Shown: positions 1 to 9,310 of the stretch, piece after piece
Layout of the letters: each line of letters starts with the position of its first letter
Numbering within the stretch: position 1 is the first letter of the stretch
From: Chitinophagales bacterium
Lineage (GTDB): Bacteria; Bacillota; Syntrophomonadia; Syntrophomonadales; DTU052
Direction: 5' to 3'
Length of the DNA: 64,000 nt
Assembly (NCBI GenBank): GCA_050259035.1
Contig: JBLMZW010000188.1
Coordinates: forward strand, 58,886-122,885
Made by a program: the position numbers and the translations under genes
Notes under the pieces: generated by a model
What the model saw: the letters and a program-made list of their open reading frames with translations, nothing else
The model's database searches: none
What the model was told of the DNA's origin: nothing

Positions 1-1
1 T

Positions 2-319
2 TTAGAACCGATGGATAATACCGAGTATATATCTCAGTTAGCCAATTTTAGTTCCTTAGAACAAATGAACAATTTGAATACAACGGTTACCAGTTTAGGC
101 AGCCTGGTACAAGACTCAATTATTCCAATGATAGGGTTACAACAGGCGGCTATGTGTTTAGGGCAAAAAGTCGAATATGTCAGTGGTGAGCAACAACTTA
201 GCGGCATTGTTAAGTCTGTGAGTATGCAGGATGGTATGCCGATTCTTGTAGTTAATGGTGAAGAGGTACCTTTATCGAGTGTTATTTCATTAAGTACATC
301 TTCTACTGAAAACGAATAA
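2..319 (+). CDS. flgD: Flagellar hook assembly/capping protein FlgD, C-terminal part (5' end lies outside the window)
   Basis: The frame is open to the window edge. It contains LEPMDNTEYISQLANFSSLEQ, the conserved FlgD motif, and it sits directly upstream of flgE. Confidence 0.8.
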   Translation, partial: LEPMDNTEYISQLANFSSLEQMNNLNTTVTSLGSLVQDSIIPMIGLQQAAMCLGQKVEYVSGEQQLSGIVKSVSMQDGMPILVVNGEEVPLSSVISLSTSSTENE

Positions 320-353
320 ACTTTCATAATCCAGATAAACCGGTACATAAGAG

Positions 354-743
354 GTGAGTATCTTGACCAATAAGGTTTTCAATCCCAGTACTACTCAACC
401 AATACAACCTATATCACCCCAAACGTCAACGACGGGCGCAAAGAAAACGGGGGCTTCTGCATTTGACAAAATATTATCCGAAAACATATCCGGTATTAAA
501 TTCTCGGGTCATGCCCAGCAACGGTTAAAATCGCGGAACATTGAAATCGGCACGTCGGAAATGCAGAAATTACAGGATGCCGTAACCAAGGCCAGGGAAA
601 AAGGAGCCAGAGATAGTCTGATTCTAATGGATAACTTAGCCCTGGTAGTAAGCGTTAAAAACAACACAGTTGTGACTGCCATTGATGGAGAAAATATAAA
701 AGAAAATATTTTTACCAATATCGATAGTGCAGTTGTTCTTTAG
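354..743 (+). CDS. Small flagellar operon protein (the uncharacterised family usually found between flgD and flgE in Firmicutes)
   Basis: 129-aa ORF with a GAGGTG Shine-Dalgarno region around the GTG/TTG start. It sits between flgD and flgE and carries the motif FSGHAQQRLKSRNIEI, which is typical of the flgD-flgE 'flagellar operon protein' family. Confidence 0.6.
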   Translation: MSILTNKVFNPSTTQPIQPISPQTSTTGAKKTGASAFDKILSENISGIKFSGHAQQRLKSRNIEIGTSEMQKLQDAVTKAREKGARDSLILMDNLALVVSVKNNTVVTAIDGENIKENIFTNIDSAVVL

Positions 744-822
744 TGGGCTGGACCTCTTTGAGGAAGCCCAAATGCGTGAAACGACTGAAACGCAAAGACT
801 TTTATTAGGAGGTCGTTATTAT

Positions 823-2325
823 ATGATGCGTTCAATGTATGCTGGGGTCTCCGGTCTAAGGAACCACCAGATTAGAATGGATGTAATAGGTAATAACATA
901 GCAAATGTCAACACAGTAGGTTTTAAAAAAAGCAGAGTGATATTCCAGGACGCAATGTACCAGTTGATTAAACCCGGTAGCGCACCACAGGGTGAAAGGG
1001 GAGGAACCAACTCGGTCTCTGTAGGGCTCGGAGTTGGATTAAGTAGCGTTGATCATATTATGACTCCGGGTAGTACTCAGACTACCGGGAAAAACACTGA
1101 TCTAAGCATCGACGGCAATGGCTTTTTTATTCTAAAGGATGGCCAGGAAACTTGTTATACCAGAGCAGGAAACTTTGATTTTGATAAACTAGGAAACTAT
1201 CTTACTCCCGGTAATGGCTTGAAAGTTCAGGGGTGGATGGCGGATCAGACTCAAGTGGATCCAGAAGATAAAACTCAATGGAGAATTGATACTACAGGGG
1301 CTTTAACAAATATCGATTTATCATCTTATAAAATAATCAATCCTAAAATGACTTCATATGTACGATTTCAAGGAAACTGCGATTCGACACTAACAAGATT
1401 AATAGACCCTCCAGAGGGGGCAGCTGAGCACGAGACCAAGCTAACTTCCAAGGAGTTTTATGATAGCCTGGGGAATATGCATCTAGAGTATTTCCAATTT
1501 GAGAAAATATACGAAGGAAGCTCACTCGGGGTCTTCATGGAATCGGCCGATCCGAACGCCAGTCCACCGACATATCAACTTGGTGCGGCTAAGCCAGGAA
1601 GTGTTTGGAGAGTAAGAGCATCTGCTGATCCAGAGGTACCAGTTCCCACAGCTGACGCGGCCACGAACGAATCTGTTGATTATTATCTTTTGTTTGACGA
1701 AAACGGAAATCTAAAGGATGTAAGACAGCAGGATCCACTTTCAGAACCTTTAGAACAGTGGTCGGATATTGAAAGTCTATTCTCTACAGTTCATACTCCA
1801 TCAACCAAGGGGTCTTTGACTTTGTATTATGACCAGCCTGAACCCGGTTCGGGTGTTACAACCCCGCAAGTATCAAGTACAGAAGGAATCGCACTTGATT
1901 TTACAAATATTAAACAGCACAATGCAACTCAGACAGCATACGCTGAATACCAAGATGGGTTCCCGAAGGGGGATCTTAAGGAGGTTAGTATTGATCAAAC
2001 CGGAACTATTATCGGCTCCTTTTCAAATAATGTATCTAAAAACTTGGGAAGAGTAGCCCTGGCAACTTTTCAGAACCCTGCCGGGTTGGAAACACTAGGG
2101 GGTAATCTTTTAGCTGTTTCGGCCAATTCCGGGGATCCCAAGACTTGTCCTCCAGGCGTTGAGGACGCTGGTGCATTAAAGCCTGGTTCGCTAGAGATGT
2201 CTAACGTTGATCTTTCTGAAGAATTCACTGATATGATAGTTACCCAGCGTGGGTTTCAAGCAAATTCAAGAGTTATTACAACCTCTGATGAGATGCTGCA
2301 GGAACTGGTTAATTTGAAACGATAG
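823..2325 (+). CDS. flgE: Flagellar hook protein FlgE
   Basis: GGAGG at 809-813 precedes ATG 823. The N-terminus MMRSMYAGVSGLRNHQIRMDVIGNNIANVNTVGFK and the C-terminus SNVDLSEEFTDMIVTQRGFQANSRVITTSDEMLQELVNLKR are the flagellar rod/hook family signatures. The ORF-track start at 727 is an upstream extension with no RBS. Confidence 0.9.
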   Translation: MMRSMYAGVSGLRNHQIRMDVIGNNIANVNTVGFKKSRVIFQDAMYQLIKPGSAPQGERGGTNSVSVGLGVGLSSVDHIMTPGSTQTTGKNTDLSIDGNGFFILKDGQETCYTRAGNFDFDKLGNYLTPGNGLKVQGWMADQTQVDPEDKTQWRIDTTGALTNIDLSSYKIINPKMTSYVRFQGNCDSTLTRLIDPPEGAAEHETKLTSKEFYDSLGNMHLEYFQFEKIYEGSSLGVFMESADPNASPPTYQLGAAKPGSVWRVRASADPEVPVPTADAATNESVDYYLLFDENGNLKDVRQQDPLSEPLEQWSDIESLFSTVHTPSTKGSLTLYYDQPEPGSGVTTPQVSSTEGIALDFTNIKQHNATQTAYAEYQDGFPKGDLKEVSIDQTGTIIGSFSNNVSKNLGRVALATFQNPAGLETLGGNLLAVSANSGDPKTCPPGVEDAGALKPGSLEMSNVDLSEEFTDMIVTQRGFQANSRVITTSDEMLQELVNLKR

Positions 2326-2333
2326 TGTAGATG

Positions 2334-2362
2334 ACTCCGGAAGGCAAAAACCTTCCGGAGTC
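2334..2362 (+). terminator. Strong stem-loop immediately after flgE (GACTCCGGAAGG/CCTTCCGGAGTC) with no U-tract; a partial terminator or mRNA-stabilising hairpin
   Basis: Perfect 11-12 bp inverted repeat with a 6-nt loop, 9 nt after the flgE stop. It is followed by CAATTAATT rather than a T-run. Confidence 0.4.
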
Positions 2363-2413
2363 CAATTAATTATATCGTTTATTTACTGGGCTGTGGATGG
2401 AGGAGGGGTTAAC

Positions 2414-2608
2414 ATGATTCGTGTAACTAAACTTAACGGTCAAAGTATAATCATCAACCTTGAACTTATTGAAAGCATAGAAGAAACTCCCGATACAATT
2501 ATTACGCTTACCACTGGCAAAAAGATGGTGGTTCTTGATAAAACAAATGAGATAATAGCCAATGTAATAAGGTTTAAAAAACAGACGGAAATGAATCTAA
2601 AACGTTAG
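2414..2608 (+). CDS. flbD: Flagellar protein FlbD
   Basis: RBS GGAGGAGGGG precedes ATG 2414. MIRVTKLNGQSIIINLELIESIEETPDTIITLTTGKKMVV matches the FlbD family pattern. The position after flgE agrees. Confidence 0.85.
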   Translation: MIRVTKLNGQSIIINLELIESIEETPDTIITLTTGKKMVVLDKTNEIIANVIRFKKQTEMNLKR

Positions 2609-2630
2609 TTAGGGGTTAGGAGGTTTAGCG

Positions 2631-3101
2631 TTGGCAGAGGAGAATACTGAAAAACCAGAAGGCAAAAATGGTGGAATCGATATTAAGCTAATAGCTATTG
2701 GCTTGGTTTTCTTATTGTTGGCCATTGCCGGATCTTATTTCGTATCGCGCAGCGTACTGTCGCCGCTGCTTCCCAAGGAAGAGAAAAAAACTGAATCGAA
2801 AGAAGCAGGAACTTTAATAGCATTAGGTGAAATAACAACGAATATCTCGGATATTTCTGAAGGTAGATATGTAAAGACCGAAGTCTATGTTGAGACCAGC
2901 GATAAAACATTAGCGGAAAAAACCGAAGAGGTTACCCCCATCATGAGGGATGAAGTAATAACAATACTGTCATCAAAAACAGTTGATGAGGTTGCTGTTG
3001 TTAAACGGGAGAGTCTGAAAAATGAGATTAAAAAAAATTTAAATAAAAAACTGGACAACAAAGTGGATAATGTTTACTTTAACAACTTTATTGTTCAGTA
3101 A
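2631..3101 (+). CDS. fliL: Flagellar basal-body-associated protein FliL
   Basis: AGGAGG lies 7 nt before TTG 2631. There is a single N-terminal TM helix (IKLIAIGLVFLLLAIAGSYFV) and a FliL-like C-terminus (VYFNNFIVQ). It sits upstream of fliM. Confidence 0.75.
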   Translation: MAEENTEKPEGKNGGIDIKLIAIGLVFLLLAIAGSYFVSRSVLSPLLPKEEKKTESKEAGTLIALGEITTNISDISEGRYVKTEVYVETSDKTLAEKTEEVTPIMRDEVITILSSKTVDEVAVVKRESLKNEIKKNLNKKLDNKVDNVYFNNFIVQ

Positions 3102-3128
3102 GCCCCTGGCAGGAGGGGGGAGGAGATC

Positions 3129-4121
3129 GTGAGCGAGGTTCTATCACAGGACGAAATTGATCAGTTGTTGTCGGCTCTTAACCGTGGAGAGGTAGACGCA
3201 GAAGAACTTAAGCAGGAACGGACTAAGAAAAAGGTTAGAGTATATGATTTTAGGCGGCCTAACAAGTTTTCCAAGGATCAGCTACATACCTTGCAAGTTA
3301 TCTATGAAAATTACGCTCGATCATTGGGTACTTATTTGTCCGCTCAGTTAAGAGTACCGGTAAATATAGATGTAATGTCAGTAGAACAGTTGACCTATGA
3401 TGAATTTATGCGATCGATACCCAATCCAACTATATTGTGTATTTTTTCATTGTCTCCATTAGAAGGGAATGCGATTTTGGAGTTAAATCCCAACCTGGGA
3501 TTTGCAATGTTAGACCGGCTGTTTGGAGGACCAGGGTTACCCGCCGAAAAAGTACGCGGGTTAACTGAAATAGAAGAAACTGTAATGGAAAGAATCGGTC
3601 AAAAAATGTTGGACTACCTGGAAGAACCGTGGTCAAGCATAACTGCAATGCAGCCAATTTTAGAAAGAATTGATACCAACCCTCAGTTCACCCAGATCGT
3701 ATCGCCAACAGAGATGGTAGTAATTGTGTCATTAGAAACCAAATTCGGTGAAGTGTTGGGTATGATAAACATTTGTATTCCGTTTTTAGTTTTGGAATCT
3801 ATAATTAATAAATTAAACGTACATTATTACTACTCTTCATCGGTAAAAGAGAAGAGTCAAAATAATGTCGATGCAATAAAACACCGTTTACAAAACGCGA
3901 TTATACCAGTAAAAGTTGTCTTGGGAAGAACAGTAATTACCGTGCGTGATTTGATGGAGTTAAATCTAGGTGATGTTATCCCGTTGGAGAGAAATGTACA
4001 AAACGAATTGGAAATAATTATTGGACAAAAAACCAAATATCTAGGAAAGCCAGGCATTTTTAGCAACCGGGTGGCGATGCAGATAACCAGGGTTGTTGAG
4101 GAGGATGAGAACGATGAATGA
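3129..4121 (+). CDS. fliM: Flagellar motor switch protein FliM
   Basis: N-terminal CheY-P binding motif LSQDEIDQLL, a length of 330 aa, and a C-terminal SpoA-like segment (VLGRTVITVRDLMELNLGDVIPL). Confidence 0.9.
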   Translation: MSEVLSQDEIDQLLSALNRGEVDAEELKQERTKKKVRVYDFRRPNKFSKDQLHTLQVIYENYARSLGTYLSAQLRVPVNIDVMSVEQLTYDEFMRSIPNPTILCIFSLSPLEGNAILELNPNLGFAMLDRLFGGPGLPAEKVRGLTEIEETVMERIGQKMLDYLEEPWSSITAMQPILERIDTNPQFTQIVSPTEMVVIVSLETKFGEVLGMINICIPFLVLESIINKLNVHYYYSSSVKEKSQNNVDAIKHRLQNAIIPVKVVLGRTVITVRDLMELNLGDVIPLERNVQNELEIIIGQKTKYLGKPGIFSNRVAMQITRVVEEDENDE

Positions 4122-5295
4122 TGGTATCCTTTCCCAGGAAGAAATAGATGCGCTTCTAAGAGGGGATTCCAAACCAATATCAGAGCCTACTGAAGTCTCT
4201 ACCATTAGTCAAGGATTAAACGAAATTGAAAAGGACGCTTTGGGAGAGATCGGCAATATCAGCATGGGAACATCCGCCACTACCTTATCTACTTTACTGG
4301 GCAAAAAAGTCAGTATCACAACACCCCAGGTGAAAGTTACTACTCGTGAAGAATTGCAGAGTGATTATCCATTACCATATGTCATTATCGAGGTGCGTTA
4401 TCGTGAAGGCTTACAAGGCCGTAATATCCTGGTTGTTAAGATGGAGGATGCCTCGGTAATAGCTGACTTGATGATGGGAGGAGTTGGGGACAAGGGAAGA
4501 GAATTAGATGAATTAACATTAAGTGCTTTAAGTGAAGCCATGAATCAGATGATGGGTTCTGCTACTACTAGCCTGTCTTCCATGTTTGACATGAAGATAG
4601 ATATTGCCCCACCCAGTCTTATGGTTGTAGATTTTGGCAAGGAACAATTGGCGGATAAAGTCGGGGATCAGTTTACCGGATTCGTACAGATTTTATTCCG
4701 CATGGAGATTGAGAATCTTCTAGTAAGTGAAATTATGCAGTTGATCCCATTAGAATCAGCCAAAACAATGGTGTCAAGTTTAATGGGAAATACGCAGATA
4801 ATCGATGAAGAGCCTGGTCCGGCAATGTCTGAGCCTGTTATGGCTCCTCCACCGTCTGCTCCAATAATGCCACCTGAACCTATTTCAACCTATGAATTCA
4901 ATAATCCTACTACGCTTTGGGACAATTCTCCCGCAGATTCCTTTTATGCAAACCAAAGTGGAGTTAAAAAAGGGCAGGTTACAGTCCAACCGGTTCAGTT
5001 TATGCCCTTGGCTACACCGAATGTCTATCAGGAACCACGCAACATAGATTTGATCCTTGATGTTCCTCTGGACATAAGTGTGGAACTGGGTAAAACCAAA
5101 AAGAACATACGCGAGATATTAGAACTGGGTCCTGGCTCGATTATTCAACTGGACAAATTGGCTGGTGAACCTGTAGATCTTCTTGTAAACGGGAAGTTAA
5201 TTGCCAAAGGCGAAGTGGTAGTAATTGATGAGAATTATGGAATACGAATCACAGCTATTGTCAGCCCGGCAGATAGATTAACTAAATTACAGTAG
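4114..5295 (+). CDS. fliY: Flagellar motor switch protein FliY (CheC-like domain fused to a FliN C-terminal domain)
   Basis: ATG 4114 overlaps the fliM stop. It has an N-terminal LSQEEIDALL peptide, CheC-like repeats (EKDALGEIGNISMGTSAT and LSALSEAMNQMMGSATT) and a FliN/SpoA domain (ISVELGKTKKNIREILELGPGSIIQLDKLAGEPVDLLVNGKLIAKGEVVVIDENYGIRI). Confidence 0.85.
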   Translation: MNDGILSQEEIDALLRGDSKPISEPTEVSTISQGLNEIEKDALGEIGNISMGTSATTLSTLLGKKVSITTPQVKVTTREELQSDYPLPYVIIEVRYREGLQGRNILVVKMEDASVIADLMMGGVGDKGRELDELTLSALSEAMNQMMGSATTSLSSMFDMKIDIAPPSLMVVDFGKEQLADKVGDQFTGFVQILFRMEIENLLVSEIMQLIPLESAKTMVSSLMGNTQIIDEEPGPAMSEPVMAPPPSAPIMPPEPISTYEFNNPTTLWDNSPADSFYANQSGVKKGQVTVQPVQFMPLATPNVYQEPRNIDLILDVPLDISVELGKTKKNIREILELGPGSIIQLDKLAGEPVDLLVNGKLIAKGEVVVIDENYGIRITAIVSPADRLTKLQ

Positions 5296-5309
5296 TCTGG
5301 GAGGTATCT

Positions 5310-5672
5310 ATGAGTAAGAGAATCTTGATTGTTGACGACGCAGCTTTTATGAGGATGATGATCAAAGACATCCTTACAAAGAACGGGTATATTGTGGTAG
5401 GGGAGGCGGATAACGGAGTAAACGCAATTGAAAAATATCAAGAATTAAAACCCGACTTGGTTACGATGGATATAACTATGCCCGAAATGGATGGTATAAG
5501 CGCAGTCAAGGCTATAAAAAACGTTGATGCCAATGCCAGAATCATTATGTGTAGCGCTATGGGGCAACAGGCCATGGTAATTGACGCTATCCAAGCTGGA
5601 GCGAAAGATTTTATTGTTAAACCATTTCAGCCCGAGCGTGTGCTTGAGGCGGTATCAAAAGTAGTTGGCTGA
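5310..5672 (+). CDS. cheY: Chemotaxis response regulator CheY
   Basis: 120-aa single receiver domain with ILIVDDAAFMR, the phospho-acceptor context LVTMDITMPEMDG, and the conserved KPF. Confidence 0.9.
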   Translation: MSKRILIVDDAAFMRMMIKDILTKNGYIVVGEADNGVNAIEKYQELKPDLVTMDITMPEMDGISAVKAIKNVDANARIIMCSAMGQQAMVIDAIQAGAKDFIVKPFQPERVLEAVSKVVG

Positions 5673-5674
5673 TT

Positions 5675-6307
5675 ATGGATTTAGGTAAATGGCAACGTAT
5701 ACTTGCCCTGTCCGTGCTATTTATTACAATTTCGGTGGTACTAGCTAATGCTCCAGTTAGAGCGGTAAATATTAGCTCGGAAAAACAACAAGTCGACCTA
5801 AAATACCAGGAACCCGCGGCAAGCAAAAGCCCTAATTTCTTTTGGATGGCTCTACAAATGTTGTTTGCTCTGGGTCTGATAATTTTTCTAGCATGGGTAG
5901 TGATACAAGTCCTGGGGAAGCGGATGGGACCCAAGTTCCAGGGTAAATGGATAAGGGTCTTGGACGAGGTAGTACTTGGTCAAAATCGGGGAGTAGTAAT
6001 TCTCGAACTGGAAGGTCGGGCATTTTTACTTGGAGTGACCGACCATAATATTAATGTATTAATGGAAATTGAAAATCGTCAGATTATAGAGACTATGCTG
6101 GCTGAAAGTTACAATGAGAATTCTTCTGCAGATGGTCTGGATAAAATCATTAGTAAGATTAGAGATCGGATACCACAACTTCGTCGCGACAATGCTGATT
6201 CTTTTCATTTCTTAATGGATGATAAAATTCGTACTCTGCAGCGAATGGAAGACGGGGTACGTAGGTTTAGCTATACTGAAAGCGGGAAAAAAGGTGAAGA
6301 TGAATAG
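5675..6307 (+). CDS. fliZ: Flagellar biosynthesis protein FliO/FliZ family
   Basis: Signal/TM segments plus the FliO-type core (RVLDEVVLGQNRGVVILELEGRAFLLGVTDHNINVL). It lies between cheY and fliP, as in Bacillus. Confidence 0.65.
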   Translation: MDLGKWQRILALSVLFITISVVLANAPVRAVNISSEKQQVDLKYQEPAASKSPNFFWMALQMLFALGLIIFLAWVVIQVLGKRMGPKFQGKWIRVLDEVVLGQNRGVVILELEGRAFLLGVTDHNINVLMEIENRQIIETMLAESYNENSSADGLDKIISKIRDRIPQLRRDNADSFHFLMDDKIRTLQRMEDGVRRFSYTESGKKGEDE

Positions 6308-7079
6308 TACATATCGTTGGAGGAAAGCTTTTCTAATTGCACTGGGATTAATTGTTCTGTGGAATTGCTTTGCTTTACCTGCTGTGGCCGAGACGTTTGA
6401 GATCCCCGACATTAATCTTTCCATCGGCGGAGGACAAGCAGGATCTCCTGACGGTGCTTCGCAGACCTTGCAAATACTGGCTCTTCTTACCATTCTGTCA
6501 CTGGCTCCTGCTATTTTAATCCTACTTACATCTTTTACGCGAATTATAGTCGTCTTATCGTTTCTCAGAAGCGCACTTGCTACCCAGCAAATGCCTCCGA
6601 ATCAGATATTAATAGGGTTGGCCATATTTTTAACTTTTTTTGTTATGGCTCCAACCTTTAAAAATATAAATAGCAACGCACTGCAACCTTACTTGAAGGG
6701 TGAAATCAAGCAGGAACAAGCACTAGCCAAGGGTATGCAGCCTTTGAGGATTTTTATGTTTAAACAGGTAAGAGAAAAAGACCTAGCATTGTTTGTAAAA
6801 ATGGCGGATATTAAAAGGCCTCGTACATATCAGGATATTCCGAATTATGTTTTAATACCGTCATTTGCTATCAGTGAATTAAAAACAGCATTTCAGATTG
6901 GATTTATTATATTCGTACCGTTCTTAATTATAGATATGGTAGTATCAAGCGTTTTGATGTCGATGGGAATGATGATGCTTCCGCCGATGATGATCTCGTT
7001 GCCTTTTAAAATATTGCTTTTTGTGCTGGTAGATGGTTGGAGTCTATTAATTCAATCCCTGATTATGAGTTTTAAATAG
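6300..7079 (+). CDS. fliP: Flagellar export apparatus protein FliP
   Basis: ATG 6300 overlaps the fliZ stop. It carries the motif TSFTRIIVVLSFLRSALATQQMPPNQILIGLAIFLTFFVMAP. The ORF-track start at 6219 lies inside fliZ. Confidence 0.9.
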   Translation: MNSTYRWRKAFLIALGLIVLWNCFALPAVAETFEIPDINLSIGGGQAGSPDGASQTLQILALLTILSLAPAILILLTSFTRIIVVLSFLRSALATQQMPPNQILIGLAIFLTFFVMAPTFKNINSNALQPYLKGEIKQEQALAKGMQPLRIFMFKQVREKDLALFVKMADIKRPRTYQDIPNYVLIPSFAISELKTAFQIGFIIFVPFLIIDMVVSSVLMSMGMMMLPPMMISLPFKILLFVLVDGWSLLIQSLIMSFK

Positions 7080-7123
7080 TAACCACGTGTAATACTTCAT
7101 GACCGATTTGAGGGGATGATGCA

Positions 7124-7399
7124 GTGTTTGAAAATACTGTTGTAGGTATAGCTAAGGAAGCTATGTATGTTGTTTTACTTGTATCTGCTCCGATTTTAGG
7201 TGGGAGTCTTATAGTTGGGTTGATAATTAGCCTTTTGCAGGCCACTACGCAGATTCAAGAGCAGACGCTTACCTTCATTCCTAAAATCATAGTTGTATTA
7301 GTGGTGGTTGTTGTTTTTGGCCCGTGGATGCTAAACATATTGACATCCTATACTAACAATCTATTTGCTAGTATTCCGTCTTTAATATCCTTTCATTAA
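7124..7399 (+). CDS. fliQ: Flagellar export apparatus protein FliQ
   Basis: About 90 aa, two TM helices, motif LLQATTQIQEQTLTFIPKI. Confidence 0.85.
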   Translation: MFENTVVGIAKEAMYVVLLVSAPILGGSLIVGLIISLLQATTQIQEQTLTFIPKIIVVLVVVVVFGPWMLNILTSYTNNLFASIPSLISFH

Positions 7400-7411
7400 T
7401 GGGCGAAGCAG

Positions 7412-8176
7412 ATGGGTATTTCTTTTGAAACACTTTTATTGGTTTTCGGCCGAACAGCAGGGTTGTTCATAAGCGCACCTATTTTTAACAGCAGACAGGT
7501 GCCTATTCAGGTAAAAATATTCCTGGCAATCATGATTAGCGGAATCATAACCATGGTTACACCGATTAAGATAGCCGTTCCATTGAATACTCCAGGCTAC
7601 TTTTTATGTGCTGTAGTCTTCGAATTTCTAGTGGGGTATACTCTTGGTTTTGTGGTCAGCGTTGTATTTGCTTCCATACAATTGGCTGGACAGTATATGG
7701 ACACGCAAATAGGTTTTGGAATAGTGAACGTTATGGACCCCCAGTCAGGCATTCAGGTGCCGTTGATTGGCAATTTTCAGTATATACTGGCTTTATTAGT
7801 ATTTCTGGGAGTAGACGGGCACCATCTGATATTACAGGCCTTGCATGAAAGTTACCGGTTAATACCAGTACTCGGAGCTAATTTCGATAATCAATTTGTT
7901 CAGTTTATGATGCAGATTGGTGCTTACATGTTTCTGGTGGCGATCAAAATTGCTGCTCCGATAGTGGTAGCCCTATTCATTGCTGATGTAACACTCGGTT
8001 TTATGGCCCGTATTGTCCCACAAATGAATATATTTATGGTAGGAATGCCACTAAAAATAGTCCTTGGTATGGGAGTGATTATGGCAATAATACCAGTTTT
8101 TATTTGGCTGTTTAAAGTTGTCCTGGTCAGGTTTTTTGGGTATTTAGATATATTAATAATGGTGTTGGGGAAGTGA
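7412..8176 (+). CDS. fliR: Flagellar export apparatus protein FliR
   Basis: Polytopic 254-aa membrane protein located between fliQ and flhB. It has a FliR-like N-terminus (FGRTAGLFISAPIFNSRQVP). Confidence 0.85.
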   Translation: MGISFETLLLVFGRTAGLFISAPIFNSRQVPIQVKIFLAIMISGIITMVTPIKIAVPLNTPGYFLCAVVFEFLVGYTLGFVVSVVFASIQLAGQYMDTQIGFGIVNVMDPQSGIQVPLIGNFQYILALLVFLGVDGHHLILQALHESYRLIPVLGANFDNQFVQFMMQIGAYMFLVAIKIAAPIVVALFIADVTLGFMARIVPQMNIFMVGMPLKIVLGMGVIMAIIPVFIWLFKVVLVRFFGYLDILIMVLGK

Positions 8177-8181
8177 AATAG

Positions 8182-9264
8182 TTGGAAGCTTGGTTTCTCA
8201 TAGACCTTCAGCTATTTGCTGGAGAGAAAACTGAGAAAGCCACACCTCGAAGACGTGAAGAAGCCCGGAGAAAGGGACAAGTTTTTCGAAGTTTGGACCT
8301 TAGTTCGGCTGTTGTCATACTTACCTGTTTTGCTGTACTAAACGTTGCCTACCCTTTCATGCTAGAGTCAATTCGGGATTTCACCGCTCGTTATTTGTTG
8401 AATAACCCAGGCGACTTTACTATTGCATGGGTACAATCGATGACAATTGATGCGATAATCCTAATGACTAAAATGTCATTACCAATCGTTGGAACCGCGA
8501 CACTATCAGGTATTATTGTGAATTTGATACAAATAGGTTTCATTTTTTCCCCAGAAGCATTAGGCGTTAAAATGGAACGCATTAACCCGGTTGACGGGTT
8601 CAAAAGAATATTCTCCAAACGTTCATTGGTTGAATTAATAAAAACCCTGCTAAAAGTCATCATTACCGGATATGTACTATATAAAGGAGCGATAAAGTAT
8701 TTAGACGTACTTCCTTTGTTTATGGATATGGACCTGTGGCTTATGGTTAAGACAGTAATGGCTATTGTTTTCGAATTAGCCATGAAGGCTGGGGTCATGT
8801 TATTAATTTTAGGAGTACTGGATTATCTGTATCAACGATGGGAATATGAAGAGGGTCTAAAAATGAGCAAACAGGAAGTAAAAGAGGAGTATAAGAACAT
8901 AGAGGGAGACCCACTAATAAAATCCAAACAAAAGCAAAGGCAACGAGAGATGGCTATGCGAAGAATGATGGCTGAGGTTCCAAAGGCGGATGTTGTTATA
9001 ACCAACCCTACCCATTTCGCAGTAGCATTAAAATATGATGCCAATAAGATGTCGGCTCCGGTGGTAGTTGCAAGAGGACAAGACTTTGTTGCTCTGAGGA
9101 TTAAAGAAATCGCTAAAGAAAACGGGGTTACAGTTGTTGAGAACAAACAACTTGCCCGAACCTTGTATTACTTATTGGATATAGGAGATCTCATTCCAGA
9201 AGACATGTACCAGGCGGTTGCGGAGGTTTTGGCTTTTGTCTACCGCAAAAAGAAGGCTTTATAG
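8182..9264 (+). CDS. flhB: Flagellar export switch protein FlhB
   Basis: DLQLFAGEKTEKATPRRREEARRKGQV at the N-terminus and the autocleavage motif NPTH (VVITNPTHFAVAL). Confidence 0.9.
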   Translation: MEAWFLIDLQLFAGEKTEKATPRRREEARRKGQVFRSLDLSSAVVILTCFAVLNVAYPFMLESIRDFTARYLLNNPGDFTIAWVQSMTIDAIILMTKMSLPIVGTATLSGIIVNLIQIGFIFSPEALGVKMERINPVDGFKRIFSKRSLVELIKTLLKVIITGYVLYKGAIKYLDVLPLFMDMDLWLMVKTVMAIVFELAMKAGVMLLILGVLDYLYQRWEYEEGLKMSKQEVKEEYKNIEGDPLIKSKQKQRQREMAMRRMMAEVPKADVVITNPTHFAVALKYDANKMSAPVVVARGQDFVALRIKEIAKENGVTVVENKQLARTLYYLLDIGDLIPEDMYQAVAEVLAFVYRKKKAL

Positions 9265-9310
9265 AATAGAATCTTCTGTTATGATCTTCTGAGTTTTTGG
9301 GGGTAGAAAC

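Noticed and set aside
2393-3101. Absence of motA/motB between flbD and fliL. Many Clostridia and spirochaetes have flbD-motA-motB-fliL.
   Set aside because: The flgE-flbD-fliL-fliM-fliY order without stator genes matches the Bacillus subtilis fla/che layout, so it is not anomalous. The stator genes are presumably elsewhere.
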